In this document: positions 43,537 to 44,530 of the stretch, piece after piece
Numbering within the stretch: position 1 is the first letter of the stretch
How the letters are laid out: each line of letters opens with the position of its first letter
Source of the DNA: a virus
Virus record (IMG/VR): IMGVR_UViG_3300028534_000008
Span: 1 to 44,530 of that record
Strand: one strand, 5' to 3'
Length of the DNA: 44,530 nucleotides
Position numbers and translations under genes: made by a program
Notes under the pieces: generated by a model
Seen by the model: only the letters and a program-made list of their open reading frames with translations
What the model was told of the DNA's origin: nothing
Databases searched by the model: none

Positions 43537-44530
43537 ATGTCAAATAATACAAATTATTTCTTCGGTGAACATGTCGACGGCAATATGTGGGCTACTAGTT
43601 ATGATATAACTGATCCAAATATTTCTGGTGCTGACTATACTGTTGAAATTAAAAATTCTACTGGTGCAGTAACAGTAACTCCACAATCATCAATAGATGG
43701 TGCAGTTTGGGTTGACGGTACTGCTATGAATTTTGCTGGTGACGGTAAACAAAGCGGCACTATTAATTCGGAAGCTTATGTTAGATTTCAATTAGAAGGT
43801 TCTGATTATGATATAGTTATTGTTGCAAATCCAGTGCCAGCTGGTGGTTCTGGAGGATCAAGTGATTGCCCTTTTGATGGAGCGATTACAATTCCTGCAA
43901 ATGGTACTCCAGTATCAGGGGTTACATGTGAAGATTTTAAAAATTTATTTTTTGCTTCTGTGTCTCCTACTGTTGATATAAGGGCTACGAATACACCTGT
44001 CAGTAACACTTTTGATTCTGGGTCAACTTCATTGCCAGATTCTTCTGGGTTCACATGGTATGTTGAAGGTTCAACAATTACAGTTCCAGAAATTGAAGGT
44101 AGAGGGCATCTTGGTGCGAATCCTGCTGGTACACTCACAACTTTGGATTTTGAAAGAGTTGGTAGTGGCGTTTATTCAACAACAAATAATCCAGCTGTTA
44201 ATGCATGGGAAAATGATACATCTGAATCTACGCTTGTTATATCAGACCAACAATTTAGGGTGACAATTACAGATTCTGAATCAAGAACTGCAAATGCTAC
44301 TGGATGGTTTAGATTTACGTTGCCATACTTTGGTACAATCAATGCAATAAATGCTTTAGATCCACGACCACTTACAAGTCCATCTGCAAGTTATTATCAA
44401 CTTGATATGGTTGCTGAAAGTGGAAGTGATAAACATACTGCACATTTTGCTGATAGTTTTGGTTCATTATCAGGTGTACAATTTTACAATACAGTATCAG
44501 GTGCTTGGGAATGGATGAACGGTTCACAAT
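43537..44530 (+). CDS. 5' part of the wrap-around virion-associated gene (runs off the window end; continues at 128..261)
   Basis: ATG at 43537 (MSNNTNYFFGEHVDG...). I read the frame codon by codon and found no stop up to 44530. The ORF is missing from the track because it has no in-window stop. Confidence 0.7.
   Translation, partial: MSNNTNYFFGEHVDGNMWATSYDITDPNISGADYTVEIKNSTGAVTVTPQSSIDGAVWVDGTAMNFAGDGKQSGTINSEAYVRFQLEGSDYDIVIVANPVPAGGSGGSSDCPFDGAITIPANGTPVSGVTCEDFKNLFFASVSPTVDIRATNTPVSNTFDSGSTSLPDSSGFTWYVEGSTITVPEIEGRGHLGANPAGTLTTLDFERVGSGVYSTTNNPAVNAWENDTSESTLVISDQQFRVTITDSESRTANATGWFRFTLPYFGTINAINALDPRPLTSPSASYYQLDMVAESGSDKHTAHFADSFGSLSGVQFYNTVSGAWEWMNGSQ
44404..44530. repeat. Second copy of the 127-bp terminal repeat
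   Basis: Identical to 1..127. Confidence 0.95.

Noticed and set aside
1-44530. Alternative genetic code (TAG or TGA reassignment), prompted by CTA in the tRNA-like loop
   Set aside because: Standard-code ORFs tile the genome almost gaplessly with sensible synteny. TAA, TAG and TGA all terminate well-delimited genes, for example TAG at 6779, 8929, 25193, 28488 and 30163.

Overview
The window is a complete, circularly closed, AT-rich tailed-phage genome with siphovirus-type organisation. Bases 1-127 are identical to 44404-44530, so the unique length is 44,403 bp, and the linearisation point cuts one structural gene in two. Going clockwise: a packaging and head module (36284-43111: TerS, TerL, portal, MuF-like, scaffold, major capsid). 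Then an unusually placed ~8.5-kb block of fibre, beta-helix and membrane-protein genes (43200 through the junction to 7347). Then connector and tail genes (7349-18158: major tail, chaperone, 1242-aa tape measure, Dit/Tal-like, glycine-rich distal protein) and a lysis cassette (18245-19393: M23 endolysin, holin). A 670-bp AT-rich non-coding region follows. Then a rightward early/recombination module (20064-32498: beta-class DNA methyltransferase, YopX, Bet/RecT, SSB, RHH protein, Gp157-like, VRR-NUC and many tiny ORFs below the ORF-track cutoff). Last is a leftward cassette of ten small ORFs (32729-36079). I could not recognise an integrase, DNA polymerase, P-loop helicase, CRISPR array or reverse transcriptase. 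Most functional calls rest on remembered family motifs plus synteny and need HMM or structure confirmation. The main items for a second look are: (1) a tRNA-like element with a 12-nt anticodon loop inside a structured, G+C-richer non-coding island around ssb; (2) a six-copy iteron array; (3) a promoter/leader cassette present in three copies; (4) a long hairpin with pseudoknot potential in the leader of the first early gene; (5) a dnaX-style A_AAA_AAG -1 frameshift site in the tail chaperone gene; (6) a membrane-anchored phospholipase-A2-like protein; (7) paralogous fibres sharing an N-terminal anchor; (8) a glycine-rich modular tail protein with exact internal DNA repeats.
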